A stretch of DNA of 63,821 nt, filler included, from Octopus bimaculoides (taxonomy: Eukaryota): assembly GCF_001194135.2 (NCBI RefSeq). It is 5 parts of 5 records of this genome, joined end to end, with 100 filler letters (N's around TTAATTAATTAA, not from the genome) between each part and the next. Parts side by side here need not be neighbours in the genome. Positions count along the whole stretch, not along the records: positions 1 to 19,362 come from NC_068987.1; 4 more parts are not named here. One strand, 5' to 3'. Below are positions 1 to 13,019 of this stretch, piece by piece. The translations under genes and the position numbers were made by a program. The notes beneath the pieces are model-generated. The model made no database searches. It saw only the letters and a list, made by a program, of their open reading frames with translations, and was not told the DNA's origin. Positions within the stretch are counted from its first letter, which is position 1; every line of letters begins with the position of its first letter.

Positions 1-31
<31 letters not shown>

Positions 32-138
32 CACACACCACCTCCTACTCTCTCTCCTCTTTGTCTGCCTCAGGTAGGATGTACAAACAGACACAGATAT
101 TGTTTTGACAATATCAATCGTTAGGAAGATGATGTCCT

Positions 139-860
139 TTGGTGCTCATTACCAGAAATTATCAAGTTGTTGTGATCACTGATACAATACCAGTTAAATT
201 CAATCCGTCATCATCATTGTTGTCATCATCCTTATTGCTGATTATCGTCATTGTTCATTGTTGCTATTTTCATCCATTCATTCTTTATTTTCATCATCAC
301 CATGAACTGGAGTATTGTTCATCACCACTATCATCATCACCATCATAATAACGATCTCTATCATCATCATCATCATCATCATCATCACTGACACTACCAT
401 TGTCAGCATCACCGTCATCATCATCCTCACCATTGTCATGATTGTGATCATCACTGAGACTACCACTGCCGTCGTCACTATCATCATTGTCATCATCATC
501 ATCATCAGTAACATCACTGTTGTCACCATCATCATCATCATCCTCACCATGTATTGGTCATCTCTATCATCATCATAATCATCATCATCATCATCATCAA
601 TACAACCATTTATCATCACCACTGTCATCACCATCATAATCATCATAATCATCACCATCACCATTGCCACCATCACTATCATCATCAACAGTAGTATTTG
701 TTCATCGTCACTGTCTTTGTCATCATCATCATCACCAACTGCATCAACTCCAGCAATGTTGTTTATCAACACAACCGTGATGTCCATCGGCAATACCGCC
801 TTCATCAGCAGCAGTATCCTAAGCTCACCCCCCCACCACCACATTCCCTCCCCCCTCCAG
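139..860. repeat. Degenerate (CAT/ATC)n trinucleotide low-complexity tract
   Basis: Long runs of catcatcat with substitutions; source of the poly-I/M/D pseudo-ORFs. Confidence 0.9.
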
Positions 861-1956
861 CATTATCATTAGTAGAAGCTGTTTTATTATTATTTCTTTA
901 TTATACTCACACATATATTTTTCTCCTTTTGGTGCCTCTATGATTGATCTATTTTAGATCAACTAGCATTAGCAATTTTTAAGGTAACACCACCACCATC
1001 ATCACCGTCGCCCCTACCACCATTCAGTACCAGTTTCCTTAACAACCATTTTGTTTAGGTTCCACTTCAAGTCGGCATTGTTTTGAAGTTAGCAATTATT
1101 CATCTCTTGACCAACGGTCACTAAACTGAGACTCAAGGTCATTGAACTTGGAAGATGGAACTTGTCTAATATTGATTTCTACACAAGTTCAACACCAGCA
1201 GCAGCAGCAGCAGCTGTTGTTGTTGGCCAAAAGTTTGGCATCAAGGGAACTGAAAGCGTCTTCAGCATTTGCGAACATGTTGCAAGAAGCAGAAGAGTGA
1301 AGAATTATGTGTTTTGGAGGCAGTTTCAGATATTTGTGTGTGTAAGTGTAGCACTGTCCCAAATATGGAAGCAGAATGCCCACACTTCCAATATAGTGTG
1401 TGATGATACATGTGGCAGTTAATGTGTTAAATTCCAAACTCCTGTTTAATAATGACAAAGTTGTTTTACTAAATTCTTCATTAGTTTCAAACTTAATTGA
1501 AACAAAAACAGTGCATTTTAACAGAAATTTGTTAACAAATGGGTTAAAATCTGTTTAACCCTTTTGATACTAACCCACCTTAGACTACCCCTGATTCTTT
1601 GATATAAACTTGCTGTTTTAACATGCTAACTGCTATGGCCTGTTACTGGAACTTACCATTGATCCCAGATATTTTGCAGTCACACTGCATTCTGTATGAT
1701 TACCAGGAAATGTAATTTTTTTTGCATGTTTACAATATTTCATAATTAAACTTTCATATTTATCACTCATGTTATTTAATATCCTCAAAACTATATCAAA
1801 GATACAGAATAAAATATTTTCTCAAATTATGGAAATCTACCACCAGTGATGCATATGATGGTTGTATGAAGTTTGTGATGAACCACTGGTGGTACATGTA
1901 TCAGTTCAGGTGTTAAATTCCAAACCTCAGCTTAATAACGACGAAGTTATTTTCCT

Positions 1957-2346
1957 GAGTGGCTGTGTGGTAAGTAGCTTGCTTACCAACCACATGGTTC
2001 CGGGTTCAGTCCCACTGCATGGCACCTTGGGCAAGTGTCTTCTACTATAGCCTCGGGCCGACCAAAGCCTTGTGAGTGGATTTGGTAGACGGAAACTGAA
2101 AGAAGCCCGTCGTATATATGTGTATATATATATGTGTGTGTGTGTTTGTGTGTCTGTGTTTGTCCCCCCAACATCGCTTGACAACCGATGCTGGTGTGTT
2201 TACGTCCCGGTAACTTAGCGGTTTGGCAAAAGAGACCGATAGAATAAGTACTAATCTTACAAAGAATAAGTCCTGGGGTCGATTTGCTCGACTAAAGGCA
2301 GTGCTCCAGCATGGCCGCAGTCAAATGACTGAAACAAGTAAAAGAG
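1957..2346 (+). mobile_element. tRNA-headed SINE, family A (near full length)
   Basis: Head gtggctgtgtggtaagtagcttgcttaccaaccacatggttccgggttcagtccc, central (TG)n, tail ctccagcatggccgcagtcaaatgactgaaacaagtaaaaga. The same sequence recurs many times in the window. Confidence 0.9.
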
Positions 2347-2440
2347 TATTATTTCCAAACTTAATTGAAACAAGAGTGTATTTCACCAGAGACATGGTAA
2401 CAAAATGGTTTAGCAGTTCTCCTTTGCTGTTTGTTTTCAG

Positions 2441-2535
2441 AGAATCGATGGACGCCAGCCTTATGATTATCGGCGACTAAAGATTACATTTGGTGTGGAA
2501 AGAGGCTGCTGCCAGGTAGAACTTGGTAAAACCAG
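2441..2535 (+). CDS. EXOSC9: EXOSC9/RRP45 coding exon (second coding exon; 95 nt)
   Basis: Acceptor ttgttttcag|, donor AG|gtaatc. Translates RIDGRQPYDYRRLKITFGVERGCCQVELGKT(R), matching the RRP45 N-terminal RLDGR..DYR.I.ISFG..GCC.VELGKTR motif. Confidence 0.96.
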
Positions 2536-2874
2536 GTAATCTTTTTGTTTTTGTTTTTGTGTTGTACTCTTTTATTGTTTTTGAAGGTACTTTGGGATTG
2601 AACCTAGAACTGTGCAGAGAACTACGTTAAGGGTACACGTGTCTGTGGAGTGCTCAGTCACTTACATGTTAATTTCACAAGCAAACTGTTCCATTGATCG
2701 GATCAACAGGAACCCTCATCGTCATAACCAACGGCGTGCCATGATTCATATAAAGGATTGGCCAAAAGTCACCAGACAGTAAATCAAAAATCCCCAAAAT
2801 ACTTAATATTCAATTTTATTTATTCATTCCAATTATGAATGTTTAACGATTGAATGCTGTGAGTTAAAATCAAT

Positions 2875-3020
2875 GGGCTTCTTTCATTTTCTGTCTGCCA
2901 AATCCACTCACATGGCTTTAGTTGGCCCGAGGCTATAGTAGAAGACATTTGTCCAAGGCGTCACACAGTGAGCCTGAACTTGGAACCATGTGGTTGAGAA
3001 GTAAGCTTCTCACCATGCAG
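2875..3020 (-). mobile_element. SINE family A, 5' half
   Basis: Reverse complement of the head/body of the 1957 copy (gggcttctttca...gaaccatgtggttg). Confidence 0.8.
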
Positions 3021-3044
3021 ATTCACAACCCTTAACTTTCTTGG

Positions 3045-3109
<65 letters not shown>

Positions 3110-3276
3110 TTAGGGAAAAGAACCAAGTTTCATATATTTTAATCTGTAATGCTCAATTTAATTTTAATTTTTTATAAATTGATTTTAATTGAGTTTTTAC
3201 CTGTAATATTATTATTAATGTATATATAGCTTAATTCATGTTTTGTTTTCTAATGTTATTTCTTAACATTTTTCAG

Positions 3277-3396
3277 GGTTTTGGCACAAGTAACAGCAGC
3301 TGTAGGACAACCGAAACCTAACCGTCCCACAGATGGCATCCTGTTTGTTAATGTGGAACTCTCTCCTATGGCATCACCGGCGTTTGAACCTGGAAG
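3277..3396 (+). CDS. EXOSC9: EXOSC9 coding exon (120 nt)
   Basis: Acceptor tttttcag|, donor AG|gtgagg. Translates VLAQVTAAVGQPKPNRPTDGILFVNVELSPMASPAFEPG(R), in frame with the previous exon. Confidence 0.96.
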
Positions 3397-3669
3397 GTGA
3401 GGAAACCATCAGCTTCTCTAACATTTGATTACAAGACCAATGTCCAATTTGAAACCCCTTTGTAAGTTGCATACAGCAATCCCAGTAAGCTATTGCATGG
3501 TTGTTTAGCTCAACCTATTAGAAATAGCAGCCAAATCTCTCTCAAATTATACAGTATTATCTTAAAAGAGGGAAGATGGAAATACGTGTGACAGTTTCTT
3601 GCATATTGTTTCAGTATGTTAATTTGTTGCATGTCAGTATTAGTATAGAGAGAGAGACACACACACACA

Positions 3670-4661
3670 TCACCATCATCATCATCATCATTTAACATCC
3701 GCTTTCCATGCTGGCATGGGGTGGACGGTTTGACTGGGGACTGGTGAGCCAGATGGCTGCACAAGGCTCCAATCTGATCTGGCAGAGTTTCTACAGTTCG
3801 ATGCCCTTCCTAATGCCAATCACTCCGAGAGTGTAGTGGGTGCTTTTACGTGCCACCGGCACAGGAGTCAGTCCAGCAGCACTGGCACAAATGCCAGTAA
3901 GGCGACGCTGGTAATGATCACACTCGAATGGTGCTTTTTATGTGCCACCGGCACAGGGGCCAGTCAGCGGCCCTGGCAACGATCATACTCGGATGGTGCT
4001 CTTAGTGCTCCACTAGCACGGATGCCAGTCATGCGGTGCTGTCATCGAATTTGATTTCAATTTCACCTGCCTCAACAGGTCTTCGCAAGCAGAGTTTAGT
4101 GTCCAATGAAAGAAAGGTATGCCTAAGTGGGCTGGTTACACCACTGGTATAGGCCATGGGATGTCTCACTTGGCTTGCCGGATCTTCTCAAGCACAGCAT
4201 ATTTCCAAAGGTCTCGGTCACTAGTCATTGCCTCAGTGAGGCCTAATGTTCGAAAGTCGTGCTTCACCACCTCATCCCAGGTCTTCCTGGGTCTACCTCT
4301 TCCACAGTTTCCCTCAACCGCTATCCTCAGCTATTCTCACAGCTATCCTCATCCATTCGCACCACAAGACCATACCAGCGCAGTCGACTCTCTTGCACAC
4401 CACAACTGATGCTTCTTAGGTTCAACTTTTTTCTCAAGGTACTTACACTCTGTCGAGTATGCACATTGACATTACACATTCAGTGGAGCATACTAGCTTC
4501 GTTCCTTGCAAGCTTACGCATGTCCTCAGTAGTCATGGCCCATGTTTCACTGCCATGTAGCATGGCTGTTCGTACACATGCGTCATACAGTCTACCTTTT
4601 ACTCTGAGCGAGAGGCCCTTTGTCACCAGCAGAGGTAGGAGCTCTCTGAACTTTGCCCATG
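3670..4661 (-). mobile_element. RTE-clade LINE, 5'-truncated 3' portion
   Basis: Minus strand encodes decayed RT C-terminus (KGRLYDACVRTAMLHGSETW...VEGNCGRGRPRKTWDEVVKHDFRTLGLTEAMTSDRDLWKYAVLEK), then the 3' UTR and a (GAT)n tail. Confidence 0.88.
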
Positions 4662-4755
4662 TTGTTGCTCTTCTCCTTTGTCTGCCATTCTATGCCATCC
4701 TGCGATATCACTGTTCTACATCCTTATCTCTTCATTCTACAACTGGTCTTGACAG

Positions 4756-4858
4756 GCTTTCCGAATTTGGAGTTTATGTGAATCGTCTGATGGAGCGCTG
4801 CCTGAAGGAGTCCCGTTGTTTAGACACTGAGTCACTTTGCATCGTTGCCGGGGAGAAG
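4756..4858 (+). CDS. EXOSC9: EXOSC9 coding exon (103 nt)
   Basis: Acceptor cttgacag|, donor AAG|gtaag. Translates LSEFGVYVNRLMERCLKESRCLDTESLCIVAGEK (RNase PH domain core). Confidence 0.96.
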
Positions 4859-5200
4859 GTAAGNNNNNNNNNNNNNNNNNNNNNNNNNNNNNNNNNNNNN
4901 NNNNNNNNNNNNNNNNNNNNNNNNNNNNNNNNNNNNNNNNNNNNNNNNNNNNNNNNNNNNNNNNNNNNNNNNNNNNNNNNNNNNNNNNNNNNNNNNNNNN
5001 NNNNNNNNNNNNNNNNNNNNNNNNNNNNNNNNNNNNNNNNNNNNNNNNNNNNNNNNNNNNNNNNNNNNNNNNNNNNNNNNNNNNNNNNNNNNNNNNNNNN
5101 NNNNNNNNNNNNNNNNNNNNNNNNNNNNNNNNNNNTGTCTTCTGGCTTGCCAGCACTTGTCAAATTGTCCAACCCATACCAGCATGGAAAACAGATATTT

Positions 5201-5440
5201 AGTAATAAGGCAGTGAGTTGGCAAAAACGTTAGCATGCCGGGCGAAATGCTTAGCGGTGTTTCATCTGCCGCTAGGTTCTGAGTTCAAATTCCACCGAGG
5301 TTGACTTTGCCTTTCATCCTTTCGGGGTCGATTAAATAAGTACCAGTTATGCACTGGGGTCGATGTAATCGACTTAATCCGTTTGTCTGTCCTTGTTTGT
5401 CCCCTCTATGTTTAGCCCCTTGTGGGCAGTAAAGAAATAA
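5201..5440 (+). mobile_element. tRNA-headed SINE, family B, with 15-bp target-site duplication
   Basis: Body ttctgagttcaaattccaccgaggttgactttgcctttcatcctttcggggtcg... is flanked by exact GGAAAACAGATATTT at 5186-5200 and 5441-5455. Confidence 0.9.
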
Positions 5441-5750
5441 GGAAAACAGATATTTGATGATGATGATGATGATATATATATATATATACTCACACACACA
5501 TGATGGGCTTCTTTCAGTTTCCATCTACCAAATCCACTCACTGTGTTCACATAATATTGTCCTGGATACACATTGTCTCTAAAAATGATTGATGGTTACT
5601 TTGCACCCTGGGCCACATTATTCTAGGTGTTCATCTGTTTTTCTAAGACAGTAGGGTTTGATTTGAGTGAAGTTCGGTTATTATTTCTAGAATACTGAGC
5701 GACTGCATGTAGGCTTCTTTGCTGGCTAGTCATCAGTCATAAAATTGTAG

Positions 5751-6031
5751 AGCCCTGAGCAGGTAGCTCTGATGTAGAATTAGCTGCAATTTCTAGCAGG
5801 AAAAGTGACCATGTAGAGGCTCCCTTTATGCCTCTTCACCTATTGTATTTATAACACACAGTTGAAATTGTATTACAAATACTTCATAACGTTGTTGTTT
5901 AGCCCTGAACAGGTAGCTCCGATGTAGAATTAGCTGCAGTTTCTAGCAGGAAAAGTGACTGCATAGAGGCTCCAGTATTGCCTCATCACCAAATGTTATA
6001 TATAACACACAGTTGAAATTGTATCTCAAAT
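5751..6031. repeat. Local tandem duplication, 150-bp period, 2 copies
   Basis: agccctga.caggtagctc.gatgtagaattagctgca.tttctagcaggaaaagtgac... starts at 5751 and at 5901. Confidence 0.85.
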
Positions 6032-7415
6032 CCCTGACATTTTCTATAGGGGTCTGAAAGGTACTTCAACTCTGAGCAGTTGCTGACCCCTTTGTGCAGT
6101 ACAAGTATGGCTATCATTGCAATACTGCACACATTTCTGGAATGGTGCAGTCAACATTAGAACACTGCACACATTTCTATAATGGTGCAGTCAACATTAC
6201 AGTACTGCACGCATTACAAATTTTCTCTGGATCGCAGTGAAAAACAAGATCATACAACTACAACTCCTGGCCTGTTGCCAGCAAGATGTCGAGGCTATTC
6301 CTGGTTGCTTGACTTGCTAAAAAGTGTAGCCAGAACTCCTCTGAATACATCCTTATGCTTTTGAAAAAAAAGTAAGGATACACTAGATAAAGTGTGTATG
6401 AATATAAGAAGGGCTGGTCATGCCTGGAGCGCTTTTGATTGTAATTCAACTTGAATCGGCTGATCTGAGGTTAAACAGTAACAAGAATTCCCTAACAGGC
6501 AGTTTAAGGGTCAAGCTTGTTTATCCCTCCTCTTACTACTACTACTGCAGCTGCTTTTATATGACATTCCAGCCATGACCATCCCAACTATATTTGCAGC
6601 AGTAGTGTATGTCTAGAACTACATGATCTGATGTGCCCTTCTTTTTGCACTTGAGCATGGTTTGAAGGAGATTTGGCTATTATTTCTTGCAGGTCAGCTG
6701 ACCACGTAGAGGCTCCTTGTTGAAGGTTGCAGTGATTGTGGTGATAGTGGTGGTGGTGGTGGTTGTGTTTGAGAATGTTGTTCAGCCTCAGATGAACCCT
6801 GTTCAAACAGACCTCTGATCAAAAGCATTCCAGTTGTGACCATCCTGCCTTTTAAGAGTAGCTAGACCTACATTATTTAATATGTTCTTTTATTTTTAAA
6901 GATCTTATGATATAATTTAAAGGAGATTTGACTGCTATTTCTAACTAGCCATCATGTAGAGGCTCTTTATTTTTCTTTTTTCTGACTTGTTAGTAGTTTT
7001 GTTGGTGTCCTTGAAGTATGGTTCTTCTGTTGATAACATCTCATGTGTGTGTGTGTGTGTGTATATCTTTGTATATGTGTGTGTGTATACCTTTGTATGT
7101 GTGTATGTGGATGTCAGGTATATGTATGTGTATATATGTCAACCTTTGTGTGTGTGTATATCTTTATATGTATATGTGTATGTGGACGTCAGTGAATGTA
7201 TATCTTTGCATGTATATGTGTGTGTGCATGTGGACTTCAGTGTGCGTATACATTTGTATATATGTGTGTGTGTGTGTGTGTTCGTCTGTTACCCTGTGTG
7301 TTATATGTGTACCCCAGTATACATACATATATGTATGTATGTATGTGTGTGCGTGTGTATGCCTTTGTATGAGTGTATATGTGTACCATAACAAATGTAT
7401 ATGCCTTTGTATATA

Positions 7416-7512
<97 letters not shown>

Positions 7513-7639
7513 ATGTACCTGTATATCTGTGTGTGTGTGTGTGTGCATCTGTGTGTGTGTGTGCATAGGTTATATAAGAACACTAACAATACGACAATAT
7601 TGATTGTCAGCAATGAATCACAATTGATTGGTCCTGCTA

Positions 7640-8875
7640 CATCTCCACCACCATCACCATCACCATCCCTACCACCACCACCACCACCATCATCATCATA
7701 TCATCATCAGAAGTATAAATATTTTTTCGGCGTTCCTTTTTACAACATAGGAAATGTATATAAACTGCTTTGTATTGGTGGTGGTGGTGGTGGTGGTGGT
7801 GGTGGTGGTAGAGGATGGTATTTGTTAGAGAAGTAATGGTGGTGGTTAGAGTACAGGCAGTAGTGTTCACAGAGGTAGACATGGTGGTGATGGTTTTTAC
7901 TATTAGTAAAGCTAGTAAAGTAATAGGTGTAAAAATAGTATTAGTGAGTATAGTAATAGTAGTAGTAGCAGCAGTAGTAGTAGTAGTGGTGGTGGNNNNN
8001 NNNNNNNNNNNNNNNNNNNNNNNNNNNNNNNNNNNNNNNNNNNNNNNNNNNNNNNNNNNNNNNNNNNNNNNNNNNNNNNNNNNNNNNNNNNNNNNNNNNN
8101 NNNNNNNNNNNNNNNNNNNNNNNNNNNNNNNNNNNNNNNNNNNNNNNNNNNNNNNNNNNNNNNNNNNNNNNNNNNNNNNGTTTCTGTAGAAGTTAGTGTG
8201 AGCGGTTGTAGTGGTATAGGTGATTGTAGTGGTATAGGTGATTGTAGTAGTGGTGAAGAGAAGATGATTACAGTGCTTGTCGTGGTTGTAGAATGTAGTG
8301 GGGGAAGATAACTACAGTGGTGGAGGTGATTGCAGTAAATCAAGGTTGTTGTATTGGTGGTGGTTGTGGTAGTGGTGTTGATGATTGTAGCGTTGGTGGT
8401 GGTACTGGTTGTAGTGGTGTTGGAGCACGTTGCAGTGTTGGTTGTTGTTGTTGTTGTGATGGTGGTGGTAGTGGAGACTGTTGTGGATGTGTTGTGGTAG
8501 TGGAGGTAGCTTGAGTGGTTGCTGTAGTAGTGGAGTTAGTTTGAGTGGTTGTTGTAGTAGTGGAGTTAGTTTGAGTGGTTGTTGTTATAGTGGAAGTAAT
8601 TTAAGTGGTTGTTGTAGTAGTGGAGGTTGTTGCAGTGGCTGAGTTGGTGGCAGTGGTGTCGGAGGTAGTTTTGGTGATGATGGCATTTGTAGTGTTGGTG
8701 GTAGTTGCGGTAGCGATGGTGGAAGTTGATGTGGCAATGGAGATAGTCATAGAAGTATAGGCGGTTGTTGCAGTGGTGGTGGTGTAGTAGAGATTCTTGT
8801 ATAGGATGATGTTGTAGTGGTTGAGATTGTGAAATTGTATTGTGATAACAATTGCATTGATTTGTTATTGAGATA

Positions 8876-8908
<33 letters not shown>

Positions 8909-9130
8909 ATGAGGTACTAATGATAAAGTAGTAGTAGTTGGTAGTGGTGGTGGTGGTAATTGTTATAGTTAGTATTTGATGGTATGGTGATAGTTATTGC
9001 TGTTGCTATTGTGCTACTAATGATAGGGTTATAGTATTGGGAGTAGTTATGATGGTGGTGATGGTGGTGGTAGTACTGGCTGTGTGTGTGTGTGTGTGTG
9101 TATGTGTGTTATGATGTTGATGATGATGGG
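7640..9130. repeat. (GGT/GTA/GTT)n low-complexity region including a 30-bp tandem array at about 8511-8630
   Basis: Unit tgagtggttgttgtagtagtggagttagtt repeated about 4 times inside degenerate trinucleotide sequence. Confidence 0.85.
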
Positions 9131-9224
9131 TTTATTGGTATATGTAAATGTCAGTATTTGATCTATGTAGTGTGTGTGTATGTATATATGTATATACATA
9201 TATATGTGTGTGTGTGTGTGTGTG

Positions 9225-9255
<31 letters not shown>

Positions 9256-10667
9256 NNNNNNNNNNNNNNNNNNNNNNNNNNNNNNNNNNNNNNNNNNNNN
9301 NNNNNNNNNNNNNNNNNNNNNNNNNNNNNNNNNNNNNNNNNNNNNNNNNNNNNNNNNNNNNNNNNNNNNNNNNNNNNNNNNNNNNNNNNNNNNNTATATA
9401 GATAGATATATATGTACATGCACATGTGTGTATGTATATTAAATACAGAATGTGTTGAATGTCAATATTTCTTATGTAAGGATGTATGCATAAAATATTT
9501 GCCTTTGTGTGTGTGTGTATTTGTGCATGTGTATATATGGATATATACATTCTATGCTATATACATGTGTGTTTGTATATATTGATGCATTCACAGTTGA
9601 AATGTTTTTAAATACATAAAGTAGATAGTCATTCATTAAAGAACATTTATAACATCTAATATTTATGGTAAATTGTTGACAGTAACTTCAAAGTTTTCCT
9701 GATGCTAGTTTATTCTCTATTCAAACTATGAAGTTAAGGGTAGCATAATGGTCTCTACTTCACTTAGGAATAAGCTGCTACCTATCACGCCCATTAAAAC
9801 TGGTAAATTCATCATAGATATGAAGCTCATTCAGTGATATGGCGAAGGATCTTGATGAGGGTAACCAATGTTTCTGTTTCCCATTATGAAATGTTTTAGC
9901 AATTGTTCTGAGATAGCATGACACATTCCACAGTTAGTTGTGTCCTGATATGTATTGGGCAGGTGAAAAGATAACGAGGAAATGACAAAAATAAGGCCCA
10001 AAATCAAACAATATTTCACCCGTATACAACCCTGTGTTTTTATTTTACATCTCTATCTAAGAAATATATCATTTTTTTTTCTTTCTAGCCCTTCCACACT
10101 CTGCCCTTACTAGCTTTTAAACTGCTGTTTGAATTCATTCACCTTCCCTTTCCACTCTCTTTCTTCACCTGTTAAGTGCTTTTTATTTGCTTTCACACTT
10201 CCCTCTAATAAACACTACATTTTCATGGTGAGAAGTTGTACTTATAAATTTATTGACAATTTTATTAACTGCAATTGATTTTCTTTATAATAATTATGTT
10301 GTTGCAATATAATTATATAATCTGACTGTAATTTTTAAAAAAATCTAATAATACATATTCAGAATCAAAGACTAAACCAGATTTAAGCGCCCAAAGTTTA
10401 CAAATTTCTTTTTGAATAACACTTGTCAGACAAGGAAGTTAAAAATGGAGAAGAGAAGATGTTAAAATGTAAGAGAATTTTAATTCATACAGATGACCAT
10501 TTCGAACAGCGATATTAAAATCATGTATATTGATGGTTGAATAGAAATAATTTAATTAATTTAATTAGATTAAATTAATAATATATCACTGTTCTCTTCA
10601 GTGCAAGAAGTATAAAGAAAAAATTTTACAAAGGACTTGATAAAGGAAATAGCAGAGTATAATTTCA

Positions 10668-11176
10668 GATCATCATCATCATCATCGTTTAACGTCTGCT
10701 TTCCATGCTAGCATGGGTTGGACGATTTGACTGAGGACTGGTGAAACCGGATGGCAACACCAGGCTCCAATCTAATTTGGCAGAGTTTCTACAGCTGGAT
10801 GCCCTTCCTAACGCCAACCACTCAGAGAGTGTAGTGGGTGCTTTTACGTGTCACCCACACGCAAACGGCCACGCTCGAAATGGTGTCTTTTATGTGCCAC
10901 CCGCACAAGCCAGTCCAGGGGCACTGGCAACGATCTCGCTCGAAAATCCTACGGGAGCCAGTCAGGCGGTACTGGCAACGGCCACGCTCAAAATGGTGCA
11001 TCTCATGTGCCACCCGCACAAGAACCAGTCCAGGGGCACTGGCAACGATCTTACTTGGCTTGCCGGGTCTTCTCACGCACAGCACATTTCCAAAGGTCTC
11101 GGTCAGTAGTCATCGCCTCGGTGAGGCCCAATGTACGAAGGTCTTGCCTCACCACCTCAGCCCAGGTCTTCCTGGG
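10668..11176 (-). mobile_element. RTE-clade LINE 3' end
   Basis: Same 3' UTR, (GAT)n tail and last RT codons as 3670-4661. Confidence 0.88.
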
Positions 11177-11640
11177 CCTAATTCATATTTATCCTTATGA
11201 GAAAGGAAGAAGAAATGTGAGTCCAGTTAGGTATAAACTAAAACTAAGGCAACTAACAGTTATTTGAAAATATAAGTGAAAAAGGTTTTATGAGATGTTC
11301 TCTCTATAGAAAAGTAAGAAGATAAGTAATTCTAACTCTAAATAAGTCATGTATGTAAAGAAAGTTGGTTAGAAATGTCCAATGGAAAAACATAGCTATA
11401 TTTGAATTAGGATATGACCTGACAGTTAGAAAAAAAACCCCTCATTGCTTGACTTCGACAATTCCTTAAAAAAAGATCACTCTTCCACTTGTACTTTTTA
11501 ACCCCACTTTTCGTACCATATTTCACAAATGACTGAGATATTTGGCATCTTGACAAAGGACCAAGATAACTGGCACCTTGATGAAAGACTGAGATATCTG
11601 GCCCCTTGCTGTACTCAAGAAGACCTGTCCACCAACAGCA

Positions 11641-11850
11641 GGGTTGAAACCAGTGTTGGTGCCACATAAAAAGCACCCAGTACACTTTGTGGAGTGGTTG
11701 GTGTTAGGAAGAGCATCCAGATGTAGAAACCATGCCAGATACAGACAAAGGAGCTTGAGGCAGCCCTTGGTCTTACCAGCTCAAGTCAAACTGTCCAACC
11801 CATGCCAGCATGGAAAATGGACATTAAATAATGACGCTGACAATGATGAT
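11641..11850 (+). mobile_element. RTE-type 3' UTR fragment
   Basis: gtgccacataaaaagcacccagtacact...aacccatgccagcatggaaaatggacattaaa. Confidence 0.75.
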
Positions 11851-12153
11851 TTCTGTTGAAAATCGAACTGCCTTGGTTTCAATTAATTTTACCAATAACG
11901 AAGAATTTAGTAAAATAAATCTGTCGTCATTAAGTGATGTTTTGGAAGATAAATTAACATGAGATTCTGCCAGAAGGTTTTAATTAAGACCATTTTAAAG
12001 TAAAAAGTTTGTACCACGAAACAGGGGCAGCCTCAGGGCAGTTTGGTATAGAAAGGGCTAATGAAGGTTTATTGTATACTCACAAAAATACTATGCATTT
12101 ATGTGTGTGTGCATGTGTGTGCGCAAGCGTTTATAAATATTTGCATTCATAAC

Positions 12154-12184
<31 letters not shown>

Positions 12185-12593
12185 TTCAGAAGACAAAAAG
12201 CCAAGATTGTATCAGTGACCAAACAGTCACAGTATTGTTGTAAATAGCTGCATCAATATTGGTCTAGCGGTGCCAAGTTGGTTAGCAGTGGTGCACTGCT
12301 GTTTCATGTCGGTAGATAGCAAAAGAAATTGATCTAATTTTTAGTGGGTGGTAGTGGTAAGAAGTGTTTGTAGTAATAGTAGCAATAGTAGTATTAGTAG
12401 TAGTAGTTGATTAGCTTGAGGTCAGCCTTGATCTAGCAGATATGATTGAAGATGTGGCTCTCTCTTATGTTCAGTTACAGTGCATCGCGGACTTTATTTA
12501 TTATCCAATGTGTACTTCTTTTTTTAAGACAGTAGAGTGTGATTTGAAGTAGATTTGGTTGCTATTTCTAGCAACATTGCTGTAAATAATAAT

Positions 12594-12990
12594 CTTTTCT
12601 ACTCTAGGTACAAGGCCCGAAATTTTAGGGGGAAGGGGCCAGTTGATTAGATCGACCCCGAAAGGATGGAAGGCAAAGTCGACCTCGGCGGAATTTGAAC
12701 TTAAAACGTAAAGACAGATGAAATACTACTAAGCATTTCGCCTGGCGTGCTAACGTTTCTTATTTCTTTACTGCCCACAAGGGGCTACACACAGAGAGGA
12801 CAAACAAGGACAGACAAACGGATTAAGTCATTATATCGACCCCAGTGTGTAACTGGTACTTATTTGATCGACCCCGAAAGGATGAAAGGCAAAGTCGACC
12901 TCGGCGGAATTTGAACTCAGAATGTAGCGGCAGACGAAATACCGCTAAGCATTTTGCCTGGCATGCTAACGTTTCTGCCAGCTCACTGCT
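12594..12990 (-). mobile_element. Two tandem family-B SINE copies
   Basis: gaccccgaaaggatg.aaggcaaagtcgacctcggcggaatttgaact occurs twice. The first copy appears to carry a deletion between atcgacccc direct repeats. Confidence 0.85.
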
Positions 12991-13019
12991 AGTGAGTTTA
13001 TATCAGTTGCATAGAGGTA

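Noticed and set aside
139-943. Long ORFs rich in I/M/D/H in several frames
   Set aside because: They are translations of a (CAT)n tract; open frames are expected by composition, and there are no splice or domain signals.
2310-2345. SINE tail stem-loop cagtc-aaat-gactg followed by aaac
   Set aside because: No ribozyme core; more simply a LINE-type 3' recognition stem-loop shared by all family A copies.
4259-5233. 324-aa ORF
   Set aside because: A chimera of antisense RTE sequence, the real 103-nt EXOSC9 exon and an N gap.
8180-8830. Thr-rich mucin-like reading frame on the minus strand
   Set aside because: Degenerate trinucleotide and 30-bp repeat with an internal TAA and no convincing splice sites, lying antisense within an EXOSC9 intron.
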